Made by a program: the position numbers and the translations under genes. This document shows, in pieces, positions 61,501-64,000 of a stretch of 64,000 bases of DNA. The notes under the pieces were generated by a model that had not been told where the DNA came from, made no database searches, and saw only the letters and a program-made list of their open reading frames with translations. Every line of letters starts with the position of its first letter. Position 1 is the stretch's first letter. Origin of the DNA: Macrostomum lignano (taxonomy: Eukaryota); assembly GCA_002269645.1 (NCBI GenBank), contig NIVC01000479.1, positions 62,001-126,000 on the forward strand, in the 5' to 3' direction.

Positions 61501-62229
61501 TCGGCAACCACTGGATTCTGTTGAGTCGCTCGAACCTGCTGGCGGTCGCCGCTGCCTGCCGCCGCTCCGACCGCTACTGCTGTCAAATTCGGAGCCGTCA
61601 GCAGCCTGCGCTTTGACGGTGCGAGCAGTCAGTCCCCGCCTGGCGCTGTCAGAGTGCCGAAGGAGGTTGGAGCCGGGGTCCACGACACTTCTGGCAGGGA
61701 GGCGCAACGACGTTGGTGAAATTTTCATCAGACGAGGCTTAGACAGGTAAGTCTGTAATGGTTGAAAAATTAAGTCAAACGTTTTTCGCTTCAATAATGG
61801 TTTCTTGTTCTCCTGCAGTTATGTCTTTCTTACATTACAACCTCCATACATATTATCATGTTAATAATTTAGTTCTAATATTGATATCATGATCGCTTTC
61901 AATTTTGGATGAAGATTCAACAGGTACCGTAATAAAAAATCACTAATTAGCTTCGCAATAATCCCTGCAGTCCCGTTGTCATGGACGACGCGATGAAGCC
62001 GGCTTCTCGCAGACTGAAGTCATTTTTCTGTCTAATGAAAACTGCAAAAAGTCGAATGACAGTCAATGATAAGGCTGATCATGAGAATCGAGGATACTAT
62101 CTGCTGATTAGTCTAGCATCCTCGATGCTGCTTCTGCTGGCGGCTTGCTTTGGTCTGATGCTGGCTGCCAGGTCGAGAGTCTGGAATTCTCGACTCGGAT
62201 CAGTTTATTCGGAGAAGACGATAATTTAG
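55543..62229 (+). CDS. Type-I membrane receptor, ~1127 aa (SP-3xFN3-3xCTLD-divergent CTLD-like-TM-short tail); join(55543..55918,57125..57364,57897..58169,59257..59614,59700..60332,60416..61279,61366..61746,61971..62229)
   Basis: Three phase-1 FN3-like exons (V.W..P...Y...C; GL.P..EY.VSL). The CTLD exons are near-identical to those of the upstream gene. TM YYLLISLASSMLLLLAACFGLMLAA; ends KTII*. Exons total 3384 nt in frame. An alternative in-frame acceptor exists at 57866. Confidence 0.78.
58207..59160 (+). pseudogene. Decayed S/T/E-rich (mucin-like) pseudo-exon inside intron 3 of the FN3-CTLD gene
   Basis: Residual frames read TAALTSTAKQSTEYTTGSSTE, TEPPIKPSTE and STERKADLLTES with stops and frameshifts. 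A phase-compatible acceptor (TTCAG 58202-06) precedes it. Confidence 0.5.
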
Positions 62230-62646
62230 CTGGAATTTATAACCTAACTCTGTGACTTATTATGAGACAATTTTTTGTCTGAAAATCGAGTCTATTGATT
62301 CCTTCGGTTAGAATATTTTGATTTTGATCATACGAATTAGGTCCCAACCAAAATGATCCCGTACCCGTTATGGGTGATTTTTTACTTTTAAAATTATTTT
62401 CTGTAGAAATTCTCTAGCATTATTAAGCTTCTCTGGTGTGTTTTGATGCGATCGTTGACTGTTAGTTGAGAACCTATGACTCACCCCTATTGATTGGAGG
62501 ACACAGTAAAATATATAATTAAAGTATGCACTTAATACCATCATTAATTACTACCTAGTCTAACGCAATGTGGTATTGACAATATACTAGTTATTCTTTT
62601 CACTGTTTAACACTATTAGTTTTTAACCAATACATAAATATAAGAA

Positions 62647-63545
<899 letters not shown>

Positions 63546-64000
63546 TAGCGAGAAAGAGCGAGCGAAGCGAGCAGCCAATCAAGCTGAAAGCACGCACACA
63601 TGATCACCGGAAACGATTAAGGCAGCTGGAAAGCCTATGGGCGCGGTAAGCGCTTTTATCCAGAGGAACTACCTGCTGGAACCAGCCTGAGTCCGGCTGA
63701 GTCCGGAGTCCTCTTGCCCTGGGTGCCTCTTCTCCCGACCCCTTGGCCTGGCCCCCAATAATGAGCTGGATAGGCGATGCCCTTGGGTTGGTAGCAATAG
63801 AGGTGTAGCAATGTCCGCCTAGAGTCTCCCCCTCGGATACAAGCCTTCCAGACTCACTCCAAAATAGAGCTGGGTAGTGAAAAGCCTTGAGGCTCGAGAC
63901 CTTCAGGGGGCCTAGACCCTGTATAGGATCGCTCTTGGTAATTAGCTGCCCAGACTCGCTCCAATAGTTTAAGCCATTTCCGTAGGTTTAGGAGTAACTC

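Noticed and set aside
47879-62229. Diversity-generating retroelement-like template/variable repeats among the CTLD copies
   Set aside because: No reverse transcriptase nearby. Differences are not evidently adenine-specific, and introns are duplicated along with exons, indicating DNA-level duplication.

Overview
This is eukaryotic (invertebrate animal) genomic DNA with spliceosomal introns and no prokaryotic features. The taxon cannot be fixed from sequence alone. Host genes on the + strand: a UPRT homologue (2 exons), syntaxin-5 (3 coding exons), AP-1 mu subunit (7 exons; one GC-AG intron; an intact-ORF mariner in intron 5), a small secreted WSC-domain protein, and two neighbouring type-I membrane receptors built from shared C-type-lectin-like modules (SP-3xCTLD-mucin-TM; SP-3xFN3-3xCTLD-divergent CTLD-TM). 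Most long introns of the first three genes, and many intergenic gaps, carry their own minisatellite. The central 21 kb (25679-46691) is a nested mobile-element complex. Two non-autonomous Helitron units filled with a 22-bp satellite are joined head-to-tail (CTAG|TC). The second unit is interrupted by a complete 10.3-kb CACTA/EnSpm element with CCCAGTGG TIRs, a TT TSD, an intact transposase and an intact 6-exon partner gene. Fused directly behind the second unit's CTAG is a 3.2-kb module that starts with the Helitron 5' motif. It carries compact CCAAT+TATA promoters, an intact gene for a tandem PC4/Sub1-like ssDNA-binding protein, and a second frameshifted gene. This module is the best candidate for an undescribed system. 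A third copy of the satellite Helitron runs off the left edge of the window.
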